A stretch of DNA of 47,038 nucleotides from Macrostomum lignano. Its lineage: Eukaryota. The stretch's first letter is position 1; every line of letters begins with the position of its first letter. Shown here one piece after another: positions 12,605 to 24,880 of this stretch. The stretch spans positions 1 to 47,038 of the forward strand of contig NIVC01004399.1 in NCBI GenBank assembly GCA_002269645.1. The letters run 5' to 3'. The position numbers and the translations under genes are program-made. The notes under the pieces were generated by a model. It saw only the letters and a list, made by a program, of their open reading frames with translations. It was not told where the DNA came from and made no database searches.

Positions 12605-15600
12605 GATGACGAGTAGATGCTGGCTACTCAAATTCCTGTTCTCCTGGTTAGCTATAAAGGTTTATATGCCTGCTGAATTATTAGAATTTCAGGAGCCACG
12701 GCCCATAACAAAAAAGCCCCGTTGCAATTGTAGTGGAAAACTATAAATTTACCGACCCAATAAGCATTCTGATTTTTCAGAAATGATTGATTGAGTAATG
12801 ATAGAGAAAAAATGCCCACTGTCTCAGCTATAAAAATGGGCTTTTTAATGGTATACCATTCAAATGGTAAGAAACGTGCATCTAAGCAGACAGACCCTGC
12901 TTAGTAAAAAGGATGCATGCTAGTTTTCGACTCAACTTCTTCAGAGTCGACGCTGGACTTACCTGCAAACTCTTTAGCGGTAATCTTGCAGAACGATCCT
13001 TGTCTGCAGATGTCGCTAACTACGTCGTCAATAAGGACCATGCTTGAAGAATCAGAACAGGTAGCAAATTGAAAAAGCGATAATTCTAGCGGAGAAAACC
13101 TCGATGCCAGAGAGTGGCCCTTTCACTTCCTGGATTCATCGCCAAATAAATCCTTTAAATACTTTTTTGCCTCGGTTGGCTCGGCTGAGAAATTCCTAAC
13201 CAGCCCGCACTGGCCCGTTCGCCCCAGCCAATAAGCGGTGGCGCCCCCGCATCCTCTGCAGCAGCCGGCCAACCTTTGTTTGCTCGATTCAAGCGCTGTT
13301 TTTACCTTTCGCAACCCTTGACCGGTCCTGGCCAGGCTGGAAATCCTCTTACGGCAGGCACGGCGGAGCTGTATTGACTGAGTGAGGCCAAATTAAATAT
13401 TCAAACTGCCAGCATGCCGGGATGCGCGGCGGTGCGCAAACGAAACGATTGCCAAACAAAGCTGAGCCTTCAGCTTGATGGCTGAAGAAATGACTGCAGA
13501 ATTCGCTCCCCCCTCCCGGTCTTCGCTTGAACACACACACCCAGCTTGCCGGGGAAAATCTTGACACAACAATGGCTAAGGAAAAAACGAAGAATTTCCC
13601 GATGAGCTGGCGTCGGCGGGACGGAATGCTCTTAAGCTTCCGTGAAGCTGAGTCTAAGATTATGAGAATGAATTTGTAGGGCATGTAGAGACAATCGTGT
13701 GACGCTTTTGCGAGTGTTAAGCACTGAATAAAGTCACCATGAATAAAGGTACATGGTGACTGAAACACCAGTGGTGAAGCTGTTGTCTTGAGAAGGCATA
13801 CCGGCTGCCGGATCGCTGATTCAGAGGAGTTCGACTCCTGCACTTAAAAGTTTGCTCGCTTCATGAATGCGAGCGAGAATGCGCACGCATCGGCTGACTT
13901 GGGCAACCAATTTAATTAGTCATCGCATCACGAAATTGCAAACGATCAAAACAATCAACCTGAGTGGTGGGCTGGCGGACACGGAACCGCTACACCTGAC
14001 GAACGGACTTCGATCCTTTAATTAGTACAATTATTATTATGGCAATCCGCGGGGGCAGAAAGTTTGCCCATCTCATTACTGAGTGGCACTGCAAAGAGCT
14101 CTTCACCCGGCTGCAGCACGAAGCTGCCGGAAAACACTAATAGCATTTGATGCATGAGGCTGCCATGAAACCCAGACTGATTCACCAATCATTAATGAGG
14201 TCAAGAGCTCGACTATGTAATCATCTTTTGCCTCAATCTACCTTGTCGGCCCACTCGATACGTGTTTACGAACCCCACCATTTACTTCTTTCTTGGCGCG
14301 AGCACAGTAGCCAGACGAGTATCTGGCGACAATTATGCAACCAACGGAAGGAGCAGTTTCAGATAGAGCTTTTATTCCTCTATGATTAAGTAGGCTAAAA
14401 TGAACTCGTTGTAGTGAATACGAGCTACTACTTACAGTAGTTCGCGACAGAAGATCTCTGAAACTCATGTCATAAGCTTGCATACATGTACTGGTATTAC
14501 CGAAAGCTTCACAATCTTTTGTGTTTATTTTCGCATTAATTCCTTCCGAATGCAGGGAATATCACCTATGACAAATATTATGAGAAGTCCTTGTGGTCTG
14601 TTGACTATATATCGATACACTTCAGCTTGCCTTGATATAATACGAAACACAATACGAACATATACTGTATGGCCTATTACACACTAGAAGTAAAAATTGC
14701 GCACGTCTTCAGTATAGAAAATATGAAAACTGTCAGAGCGAAGAAGAAATGGAGAGAAACCACAGGGGAAGAAAGAGCAATTAAGGCTCGCAGCACAGCT
14801 CTTCGGCTAATTTCAGAGGCTCATCTAGTTTAGCGTCGAACACCCCTCAAAGCAATAAAGAAATTGCTTCCTACGTTCCGACCAGTAAAAAAGCTGAACT
14901 GCATTCCTATCTAGATCAATAAGTGCAAAAGTACTGCTAAGCTACAAAAATAGCATAGCAAGCTACAGATATGGTTATTTCTTTGCGATGTTTGTTCTTC
15001 GTGACAGTCCGCATCAGATTTGCAAGAAGCTTCGCATGAAAAAAACATTAGCTAAGAGCATACTCTCTTCTAAGTAACTTGCGTGGGTTAAAATTTACGT
15101 TTGTTAATGCGATGAACAGGATGCGCATGCAGATTCTGCTTGCTACTTCACTGTCACTGATGATTCGGCTGCTCCCTACACGAGTTCATCAACCAGTTGG
15201 CTATCAGGATGCCGGGAGGAGTTGCAAGCTCGCTGTTACTTCACGCCTAGCTGAACTCATCAATGGCATTGCCCAATTTCTGGGCCGCGTGACGGTGTGA
15301 GTTAAGGTATGGCTTTCGAAATTGTTTTTTTCTAAGAGCTTGTCTCTGTGTAGTGTAACACCGCAAGCTTTCTATACAGTGTGCTTGCTCCCTGCCCGCA
15401 CTGCACTGGAGGCACAATTGCTCTAGGACTAACTGACGGCATTTTGCTGGTGCTTGTGCTGTCTTTATCAGCCCGAGCAGACCGTACACAGTTTTGTACG
15501 CACTGATACAGATCTGCACTGCGGGGAGGAGGGTAAGGCTTGTTGGGGCAAGGTTAGCTGCTCCACGCAAATAAACGTGAGGCATGCGTTTTCATTGTGA

Positions 15601-15780
15601 TAATGCCAGAATTTTCTGATTCCTTACCCGACTCACTCATTCACCCCCTCTCGCCAAATAGTTCGTCCGACATCAGCGCTGCCACAATATAAAAACAGGT
15701 CTTGCTATTTTACGCCCGTAGAATCAGAAAGTCTCACTTTTCTCAAGCAAACTCCTAAATTAGCGTCAAAGTTCTAAGTC

Positions 15781-17320
15781 ATGTCCGCCAAGATCACTCC
15801 ATTGAGCCTCACGGTGCAGGACAAGGCCCGAAACGTCCACAAGGGCAGCGACGTCTTTAAGGGCAAGAAAATCATGCTGTACTTCTCGGCTCACTGGTGC
15901 CCGCCGTGCAGAACCTTCACTCCGGCCCTGGCTCTGTTCTATGAAGAGGTGCGAAGCTGTTTGCCTGTTTCTCAACGCGTATTTTTGTTTTACTCGCAGT
16001 CGTCTGACACATTACGCGTCGCAAGGGGTGGTTTGCGGTTGTCTTTGTCAAGAGTTCAGTTAGCACTTGCTTTGTAAATCGTAGGAATCGTAGCATTAAT
16101 AACCTTTATTTGGAGCAGAACTCGCAGAATTTTTGTAGGGTCCCACTAAAGAGCCACAGCCCAACGATTCCATAGATTTTAATGACTTCAAGCTAAATGG
16201 AGAAAGGTAAACTCAACAACAATAAAAAAGTCGCCACCTTTGAGAGTGCACAGTAAATTCCAGCTCAGTATTGACTTTTGAGTGACGCAACGCGACGCAG
16301 AGTTGGGCTGGGTGAGGAGGGATCGGGAAGATCGGATGGCGAAGATCGGATGGATTGAAGCTTCCGCCTGGTTGTCTTTGTTTGTTTTCAAGCATTTTTA
16401 ATATCAAAATGGTTGGCCAGGTGATAGACGCTGTTCGAAGGACACTGCTCACTGGGGCAAAGTGTGGCAATTTTTCAATGTTGCTGAGTATATCTTTATG
16501 CTTTAAATTCCGCATTCCGTTTTCAAACAAAAACTTAGTGAACCGTGCTTATCTGTTGCAAGTCTGTTGTTTGGGATCTAAAGGTTGAAAAAAATGTTTT
16601 TATATAGCTATCTCGTCTGTCTTGTGTAGGAATTTGAGGAAGAATTATAGACTTCGGTATCTGCAAAACTCTGTTCGGGCACAGCAAAAAACACACAAAA
16701 TGCTATATTGAAAATATTTGACACTGGTTTTGGTTCTGCTGCCTTAGAGGGTGTCCTAGACATTGCATTACTGGCACTTCTAGTCATTCTGATTGTGTTT
16801 TAGCTGCTAAATGGTTGGGTTTCAGCTTATTCTGTCAAGAGTTTTGATGTCAGACGGTGATTCGATATTTGTCGGCGTGGAATTGGCCTGGAGTCTTGGA
16901 ACCTGGCCTCGGTGTATTTCAGTAATTGAGTCGAATCAGTTTCCCTGCATTCAGCGACTATATTTAGTAATCTTTTTTTTGGTCTTCAAATACAAACTTT
17001 TCCCATCAATGATGTTTCAAATCAGATACTAAACAAAGCTGAAAAAACTTTTCTAGGCCAAAGCGTCCCACCCAAATTTGGAGTGCGTTTTCGTTTCCTG
17101 CGACCGGGATGAGGCTTCGATGCTGAGCTACTTCAACGAGTCGCACGGCGACTACTACGTGCTGCCTTTCAACTCCGAGGAGCGCACCGGCTTGGCCAAG
17201 CAGTACCAGGTCAGCGGCATCCCCTGCCTCATCGTGGTGGACGAGGAAGGCAAAGTTTTGAAGCCTAACGCCCGCGAGGATGTCCAAAAGGGCAACTTTG
17301 CCGCTATCAACCAGTGGTAG
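15781..17320 (+). CDS. Single-domain nucleoredoxin/tryparedoxin-like thioredoxin-fold oxidoreductase, 143 aa. Exons 15781-15948 and 17057-17320
   Basis: LYFSAHWCPPCRTFTP active site, then VFVSCDRDE and YQVSGIPCLIVVD (cis-Pro loop). The phase-0 intron runs GTGCGA...TTTTCTAG and the total is 432 nt. Confidence 0.93.
16208..16492. mobile_element. TA-flanked MITE (Tc1/mariner-like), short copy in the nucleoredoxin intron
   Basis: Imperfect TIRs taaactcaacaacaataaaaaagtcgccac / gtggcaatttttcaatgttgctgagtata. Both ends recur, inverted, at 36511 and 37444. Confidence 0.8.
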
Positions 17321-17485
17321 GCCCTAGATGGTTGATTCGAAGTGATCTTAAATATCGCAGAATAACAAAACCGACTGACTGATTGAGCTCAGAGTGAATG
17401 GCAGAGTTAATCACCAAACTAAAACTTCAAGCCTTTGTTAATTTTTTTTCTTTTTTATTCAGCCAGCTTTTTTCTCTCACCTCTC

Positions 17486-18159
17486 AAATATTTACAACTA
17501 ACTGCTTTTCCTTGCCTGAAAGCACAAGAAAAAGAAAAAGAATAATAATAAAGTTTTGAAAATCAAATATTTGCAACTAACTGCTTTTCCTTGCCTGAAA
17601 GCACAAGAAAAAGAAAAAGAATAATAATAAAGTTTTGAAAATCAAATATTTGCAACTAACTGCTTTTCCTTGCCTGAAAGCACAAGAAAAAGAAAAAGAA
17701 TAATAATAAAGTTTTGAAAATCAAATATTTGCAACTAACTGCTTTTCCTTGCCTGAAAGCACAAGAAAAAGAAAAAGAATAATAATAAAGTTTTGAAAAT
17801 CAAATATTTGCAACTAACTGCTTTTCCTTGCCTGAAAGCACAAGAAAAAGAAAAAGAATATAATAATAAAGTTTTGAAAATCAAATATTTGCAACTAACT
17901 GCTTTTCCTTGCCTGAAAGCACAAGAAAAAGAAAAAGAATAATAATAAAGTTTTGAAAATCAAATATTTGCAACTAACTGCTTTTCCTTGCCTGAAAGCA
18001 CAAGAAAAAGAAAAAGAATAATAATAAAGTTTTGAAAATCAAATATTTGCAACTAACTGCTTTTCCTTGCCTGAAAGCACAAGAAAAAGAAAAAGAATAT
18101 AATAATAAAGTTTTGAAAATCAAATATTTGCAACTAACTGCTTTTCCTTGCCTGAGAGC
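17486..18159. repeat. 79-bp AT-rich satellite, left part (about 8.5 copies)
   Basis: Unit ctaactgcttttccttgcctgaaagcacaagaaaaagaaaaagaataataataaagttttgaaaatcaaatatttgcaa. Some copies carry a 2-nt insertion. Confidence 0.97.
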
Positions 18160-19796
18160 CAGTGCTGGGCGTTAACTAGTTAATTGTTTAACTAGTTAAT
18201 TAACTAGTTAAATTTTTTAAAAAATCGTTAAATTTTCGTTAAATTTTTTATGTATTAACTAGTTAACAAAAATCGTTAATTTTTTTCTGAAGTTAAAGTT
18301 AAATGACAAAAGTTAATAATTCCGGGAAATGGAGTTCCCCGGGTTCAAAATCCGCGGGTTTCAACAGCTTGTATGCCATTAAAAAGTAAAATTAATACAT
18401 ACATAAAATAACTTCGCCTTTCTAAGCATTATTTAACGCGTCACAAACTACTATTACATGTATATATTTCAGTTACAAGTTATAATGTATAGAATATTCG
18501 GAAGATTCTGGAATCTTCAACTATTATCTATTGATATTCTACCCAAGCACTACTATAAGTTATCGTTGTACATAGGGATGTCGATTCCCCGGGGAATTTT
18601 CTTATCGGGGACCCGGGGAATTTACTGTCATTCCCCAGGGACCCCGGGGAAAAAAATAAGTAAAAAACGGCGGATAACTTATATCTTTATAAGTCACTAA
18701 GTGGCATTTTTTAAACTTTGATTAAAGCTTTGGATGGACTACATGTTCAAGGCGCAAGGGTAAAAACTTTAAGCAATGTTTGTTTAAAACTGTATTTGAC
18801 AATATGGCATCACCAAATCGTGCGCACACCTTTATCAGAAAGGGTCCAGACTCCGGAGGCGGAAAATGAATACTCAGCAGCTGCACTCGTGGGAGGATAA
18901 TTAATGAATGAGACTGTTTTTATAATCGATATTTTAATTTCTTGCAAATACAAATAAATCACCATTTTGTCCTGTCTAATACGGAGTATTTTGTTATTGT
19001 ATGATACCCCCCTATGTGTCAGTGACTGACGCAGGATATGGCGCTGTGCCTGCGTCAAATGTGTCAAGCCGTCAACGCAGACCAACACAATAGTCAGTAA
19101 GGCTTCTTTTTCCTGATGGGTTTCTATGCTCGTACGTTCAATTTGCTTGATTGAAAGACTCATAGTGAAAAAAAACATTCAAACGGGTCGCTAATTTCAT
19201 AAGACCAAAATTTCACAACGCCAAAAATTCTGCATGCAATACAATCCTTATTGTAAAGTTTTCTACGATGTGAAATTTCGGTCTTATGAAGTTTTGGTCT
19301 TGTGAAGTATGGTGTTTCGGCGTTGTGAAATTTCGGTCTTATGAACCCCCCCATTCAAACGTGTGTTGTGTTTGAAATAATACATTGAAATAAGCAGTTT
19401 TACAGTAAAAAAGCATAGACAGAGTTTCAATCAGCTTTCTGTGAATAATTTTCTTATTTAAATGGCAAAAATTTAGTTAAAAATGCTTTTTTTTCTCCCC
19501 GGGGTCCCCGGTCTAATTCCCAGGGGAGTATTCCCCGACAAGCTCCCCAGGGCGCCGCGACCTGGCCACAGCCGCGCCGCGCCGACCTAAAATTTAAAAA
19601 AACACGCCAAACACATGTCCGGGAAAATGTCACTTTTTCTGTTAGGGAATTATTAACTTTAACTTTTAACTTTTCAGAAGTTAAATTTTGGGCAAAAGTT
19701 AAATAATTAACTAGTTACAGTTAATTTTTTGGAGCAATTAAATTAACTTTTTAACTTTTAACGAGTTAAAAAAATTGATTAACTTGCCCAGCACTG
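18160..19796. mobile_element. Non-autonomous hAT DNA transposon (1637 bp) inserted into the 79-bp satellite
   Basis: 11-bp TIRs cagtgctgggc / gcccagcactg, 8-bp TSD ctgagagc / ctgaaagc (one mismatch), subterminal ttaactagttaa repeats, and a minus-strand remnant PPTSAAAEYSFSASG resembling the hAT dimerization motif. Confidence 0.88.
19185..19351. mobile_element. Mutator-like MITE nested in the hAT element
   Basis: 9-bp direct repeat cattcaaac on both sides (19176-19184 and 19352-19360), GG...CC termini, and inverted repeats ttcataagaccaaaatttcac / gtgaaatttcggtcttatgaa. Confidence 0.75.
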
Positions 19797-20392
19797 CTGA
19801 AAGCACAAGAAAAAGAAAAAGAATAATAATAAAGTTTTGAAAATCAAATATTTGCAACTAACTGCTTTTCCTTGCCTGAAAGCACAAGAAAAAGAAAAAG
19901 AATATAATAATAAAGTTTTGAAAATCAAATATTTGCAACTAACTGCTTTTCCTTGCCTGAAAACACAAGAAAAAGAAAAAGAATAATAATAAAGTTTTGA
20001 AAATCAAATATTTGCAACTAACTGCTTTTCCTTGCCTGAAAGCACAAGAAAAAGAAAAAGAATATAATAATAAAGTTTTGAAAATCAAATATTTGCAACT
20101 AACTGCTTTTCCTTGCCTGAAAGCACAAGAAAAAGAAAAAGAATAATAATAAAGTTTTGAAAATCAAATATTTGCAACTAACTGCTTTTCCTTGCCTGAA
20201 AGCACAAGAAAAAGAAAAAGAATAATAATAAAGTTTTGAAAATCAAATATTTGCAACTAACTGCTTTTCCTTGCCTGAAAGCACAAGAAAAAGAAAAAGA
20301 ATAATAATAAAGTTTTGAAAATCAAATATTTGCAACTAACTGCTTTTCCTTGCCTGAAAACACAAGAAAAAGAACAATAATAAAGTATTGAA
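19797..20392. repeat. 79-bp satellite, right part (about 7.5 copies)
   Basis: The same unit resumes in register at the TSD. Confidence 0.97.
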
Positions 20393-20759
20393 AATTAGTT
20401 ATACTACTATTCAGTATACTACTTTTCAGGAGCTACTGACCTTTGCTGTGCCTAGCTTAAATTTCAACAGATTTTTTTTCATTACTTTTTATACTCGCAG
20501 ACTTCTGCAAGCAAACTTTCGAAGCCGAAGCATTACATTTTACAAAAATAGAAGACAAACTTCTCACAAAACTCGAAACCAATCTTGCAGCCTAAAGACG
20601 CCTACTTATAGAGTTTATTTAATCCGATTATTCAAGTATCCCAACTTTAGTATAGCAAAGTTCCTATAGAAGTTTTGATTTTTAGCATATAGGAAGGATC
20701 TTTGCCCCTCGTTAGGGAGAGAAGAAAAAATGGATGAAATGTTTGAATGAATAAACTGC

Positions 20760-21310
20760 ACATGTACCTGCACATGTAGACATCTTCCCTCAACAGCACT
20801 GACGACAAATCTGCCCATTCCGCTGACTCCGGAGCACATGCATGTACAAGTGCGCAGATAGTAGAAGCAGGGACGCACTCGTACACACGCTCACACAGGG
20901 TGTGCAGCCACCCTGACTTTTCAATAACAGACATTTACACTCAGTCTTGGGAGTTGGCTCTAATAGGTGCCAATCGCACGATAAACCCCGTGCACAAGCC
21001 GAAATTATGGCCGCACACGGAATCGAACCAGCGGTACAAGAGCAAGAGTCAGACGCGCTTACCGCTAAGCTGCTCTGCTCCAGTCTCTGTATTGAGTACA
21101 TTTTCAAATTTTAGCATCAGCCCTGGCACTTAACTCAAAAAGTGTACCTGATAATTCTGGTACTGAAGCAGTTGCCAGTGCCCTAAGTATCCAGATGTAT
21201 AAAGTACGAGCATGTACCGTGCATGAAGCATGAATTAATGTGCCCGTGCACGGAATCGAACCAGGGTCGTAGAGCAGTGTCAGGCGCGTTTGCCGCTGAG
21301 CTCTTTTGGG
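20760..21310 (-). mobile_element. Two tandem tRNA-like SINE heads (about 21010-21075 and 21241-21305) with probable SINE body
   Basis: The minus strand has agcttagcggtaagcgc...ggttcgattccgtg and agctcagcggcaaacgc...ggttcgattccgtg, i.e. A and B boxes. Acceptor and T stems are broken. The extent of the body is uncertain. Confidence 0.6.
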
Positions 21311-21526
21311 CTCGCTAGATTTTCCACTGTTGAATTATTAGCTAGGATTCGTTGTTGGTTTAGTTTAGATTTTTGAAATTAAATTATTTTGCTTAATACT
21401 GTAGTTTTGACAGATAATTGTTGTGTGATATATCTTGAGTCCCCTTTTCCCCTGGGGTAAGGCTAAGGTTCGATGCAGTTGAGCCTCGCGGTCCCAGGCG
21501 TCACCTGAAAAGATCCACCTGTTCAA

Positions 21527-22286
21527 TTGGATGTTGCTATCGCGGTTGCCATTTCCGGACCTGAACTTATTCCAGCCCTAAACGCGGCAATGGCGCAGAT
21601 CCTCGAGTCATCGAGGAGGCACGGATATGAAACTGATAAATGTTTTTACTTTTTCAAGATTTTCAAAGCCGCATTTGACTCGGTCATCAGGGCCGTACCA
21701 AGGACTTCTAGACTAGAAGTCCTTGGGCCGTACTTCCAGTGATGCTCAGTGCGTACAACGTGCTGGAGCAGCTGGTTTCCGCCATCATGGTGACGTAGCC
21801 GGTACTGGGACACGAAACCTTCCATGTCAACATCCTCTGGGGTGCTCCAAGGAGATAGGCTAACGCCGTTCCTGTTTGTTCTGGTGCTAGGACTGAAATT
21901 TTGTGTCGAGAGCAGACGGTAATCTTTCGTTCTTTGAGGGGAGTCCAAGCCCTACTTGATCACCAGAGGGCGGGGTGGTACTGTTCTAAGCAGTGTTCGA
22001 GACCGTCTCGCTTTACAACGCCGAGAAGAAAGACGCCAACGGACACGCTGGCCTGCTTCGCGCCGCCTTCAGGATCGGCGACGAACGAGTTGCCAAAGCG
22101 GCACTGAATTGGTGCACCGGGCCCGTCCTAGCAAAATTTTGCGCCGTCAGTGCCCAGCTGGAAGGTCATATTATCTGCGCCGAGTCACAATCCGCAGCCA
22201 GGACTGCTGCCGCTGCTGGCACCCTACCGGCGAGGACAGGCGTGTACTCGGCGTATGTCAAGCCTAATTTTTTTCTGTTGCATTAG
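21527..22286 (+). pseudogene. Decayed non-LTR retrotransposon reverse transcriptase fragment (RTE/CR1-like)
   Basis: IFKAAFDSVIR (RT domain 3-like) and GVLQGDRLTPFLFVLVL (domain 4) lie in different frames, with stops and deletions. Confidence 0.8.
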
Positions 22287-24880
22287 CTTGGATTGCTGTT
22301 GTTGGATTGTCCAAAGCAAGGAAACTTCGAGAATGTTGGCAGCTTCAAAGATAACTGAGCACAGAACCAATTATTGCATCGCAGTAAACTCCCCCTTGTC
22401 CAAAAGTAAAGCATCAAAATCAAAATCAAAATCCTTTGCCTGGCCGCGTAGGTTTTGCAGTTATTTGAGCTTCGCATGCTTGATCCCGTCTCCTGAACGG
22501 CGAATATTTAAATAAGAGACCCTTAATTACAAGATTTTGAACGCTGCCCCCATCCGCCTAGGAAGATTGCCAACCCTCTTTGCCCTTTCACGCTAAGGAT
22601 GTATGGGATTTAAATACCCGCAGTCTTCGCTTAGCACAGGTGTCAAATATCTTCCATCGCCGCTGCTGAGGCTATGCAAGCTTCACTGCCCGGGGATTTA
22701 CAATGGCAACTGCCAGGGGCGTAAGATTACCTGTCTTTTATTTTATACAATAATCAAACGGTAATACAACAAATACCCAGTTAGAATATTTCTTCACAGA
22801 AGAAACATTTTTTCCTAATACAGAGCCTTATGTTTATGACAGGAGTCAACTGTTACACTGTTGGCACACCGAATAAATTATGCACAAATATTAGGGTTGA
22901 CTTTTAGCTGCAATGATGATAAATGCAAGCGAAACTTAATTAGTTTAAGTCTGAAAATCAAACGATAATGTTTTTACGAGTAGCCACTAGAAAATGAGAA
23001 CTTTTGAAGCGCCTTGAAGTTTTTAAGGCTAGTAAGGTACCTTAGTGAGGATTTAAGATCTTCGAGTTGACTCTCTACTTTTCTAAAAGCTTCCGTCGTT
23101 CATGTAATGTGTGTAACATTTGCACATCGCGCTAACAAGAATTAATTAACATAATATCGTTTGATTCGTTTTGTTTGATAAAAAAGACAGGTGGGACATG
23201 CAAGTAGAAGAAAATGCAAGCACATGGCAGCTTTTTATTCGATCCAGAAGAAGCAGCCTATCCAATCGGCCAGCGCTCATTTTGCAGTTAAATGCTTCCG
23301 AAATCAAAAGAAAAAATCAAACGACTTTTGCGCCCTCTTCTATCGATATAAGCTATCAAAATTCATACGGTTGGCGTCGCAACTGCAGCAATTTAACAAT
23401 TCAAAATGAAAATGACGCAAGCCCTGATTATCCTAGTCATTATTCAAAACGTTGCTTTGACGACAGCACGTTGTGTACCTGTTGGTGATCCAATGTTGGT
23501 GAGTACTCGTATTCTTGCCATTAAAAAACTGAACTAAAAGGATTCCGCACTTGCGTATCGTGTGATTTTTTGAGGCCTGTTTCTGCAGCAGGATGGATAG
23601 GGATGTCTATGTTTGTCAATATTTCTCAAGCTAGTTTTCTAGAAATGGCGAAAAACATTTTGCTGGCAAATTTCCATCGAATAAATTTTCCGAGAAATTC
23701 AAGTTCCCATCTTCAAGTTCCCATCTTCAGTTCAGTTTTTCTAGACGGATTTTGTTAGAGTTTGTCTCTGATCACTGAACCGACAGCTTCCAATCTAGCT
23801 CATGCATTTTTATTTTTAAGTAGCTTTCGCGTTTTCACGATTTACGAGTGCAGAGGTCTTCTACTTTAGTTTAGAGCTGCTCATGATTACCGCGTACGGT
23901 ATTTAATCAATAATAATCTACACATCTAAATCATTAACGTTAACGTTAACAACAACTACAGGAGACCAAAATTCGGAGCGTCAGATCTGAAGCCAGGCGC
24001 ATATTCGAAGCGTACATTTGCGGCAATTTCACCGTCGCATGGAAGGAACGAGCCGCTCGTAACGATTTTCTTGCCGATGTTGCCCTCGGCTTAGTTTTGA
24101 TTGTGATTGCAGTCGGCGCTCTGATAACTTTGTTTCTCTGTTGCGTCTGCTTGCGGAATCTGGTCCGGGAAAGCCTGCCAAACCGTTCGCGCTCCGGGCT
24201 GGATCAGCACACAGGCTGAGTCTCTGTCCGAGATTACTGAGCTGCTGAAACTGGAAGGCATCCTCTGAACTTGACACGTTTTGCACCCACAATATACTTC
24301 AGATATTGTTTATCGATAAAAACTGCGATTTTGGAAACTACGCATGCTTAGTTAGTAACTCTTAGTTTCCGCTCGGTGTGAAGACTAAACTTAGTATACA
24401 ACAAGCAAAATCAATAATTAGCAGTCATTTCAAGAAGAATCCAGACTTTATAAAGCAAAATATCCTTCTTCACCTACTGCACGAGTTCCTAGTTTTATGG
24501 TAAGTACTTTTAGTAATAACTATCAATCTACGCCCCCGTTGGGGAGCAAACAAAGAATGCAATAAAAAATTTTACGAGCGGTTGAATGGTTAGAATAGGA
24601 AGTTTTTACATCTTAATGTTCATTGTGTTAGTGAATTGAGATATTATGCTATGCAATTAAGTTATTAATTTTGTACGAGTCTTACGGCATGCTCATAAAA
24701 CTTTTTGGATTTCACTTCCTCAAATCTTTTTTGTCAAAACGGTTTAAAATAATTGGTCAGGACTATGGATTAACATGTACTACTTTTACTCTTCAAACAT
24801 AAATCTGAATCATCGCATACAGTAGGCAGTAACTATGGTTGTGGAGAATTGGTATACATGACCTTCATATGCACCCAGAA

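Noticed and set aside
17486-20392. CRISPR-like appearance of the 79-bp array
   Set aside because: Units are contiguous with no unique spacers, the DNA is eukaryotic, and there are no cas genes.
21005-21310. Functional tRNA genes
   Set aside because: Acceptor and T stems do not pair, so these are better explained as SINE heads.
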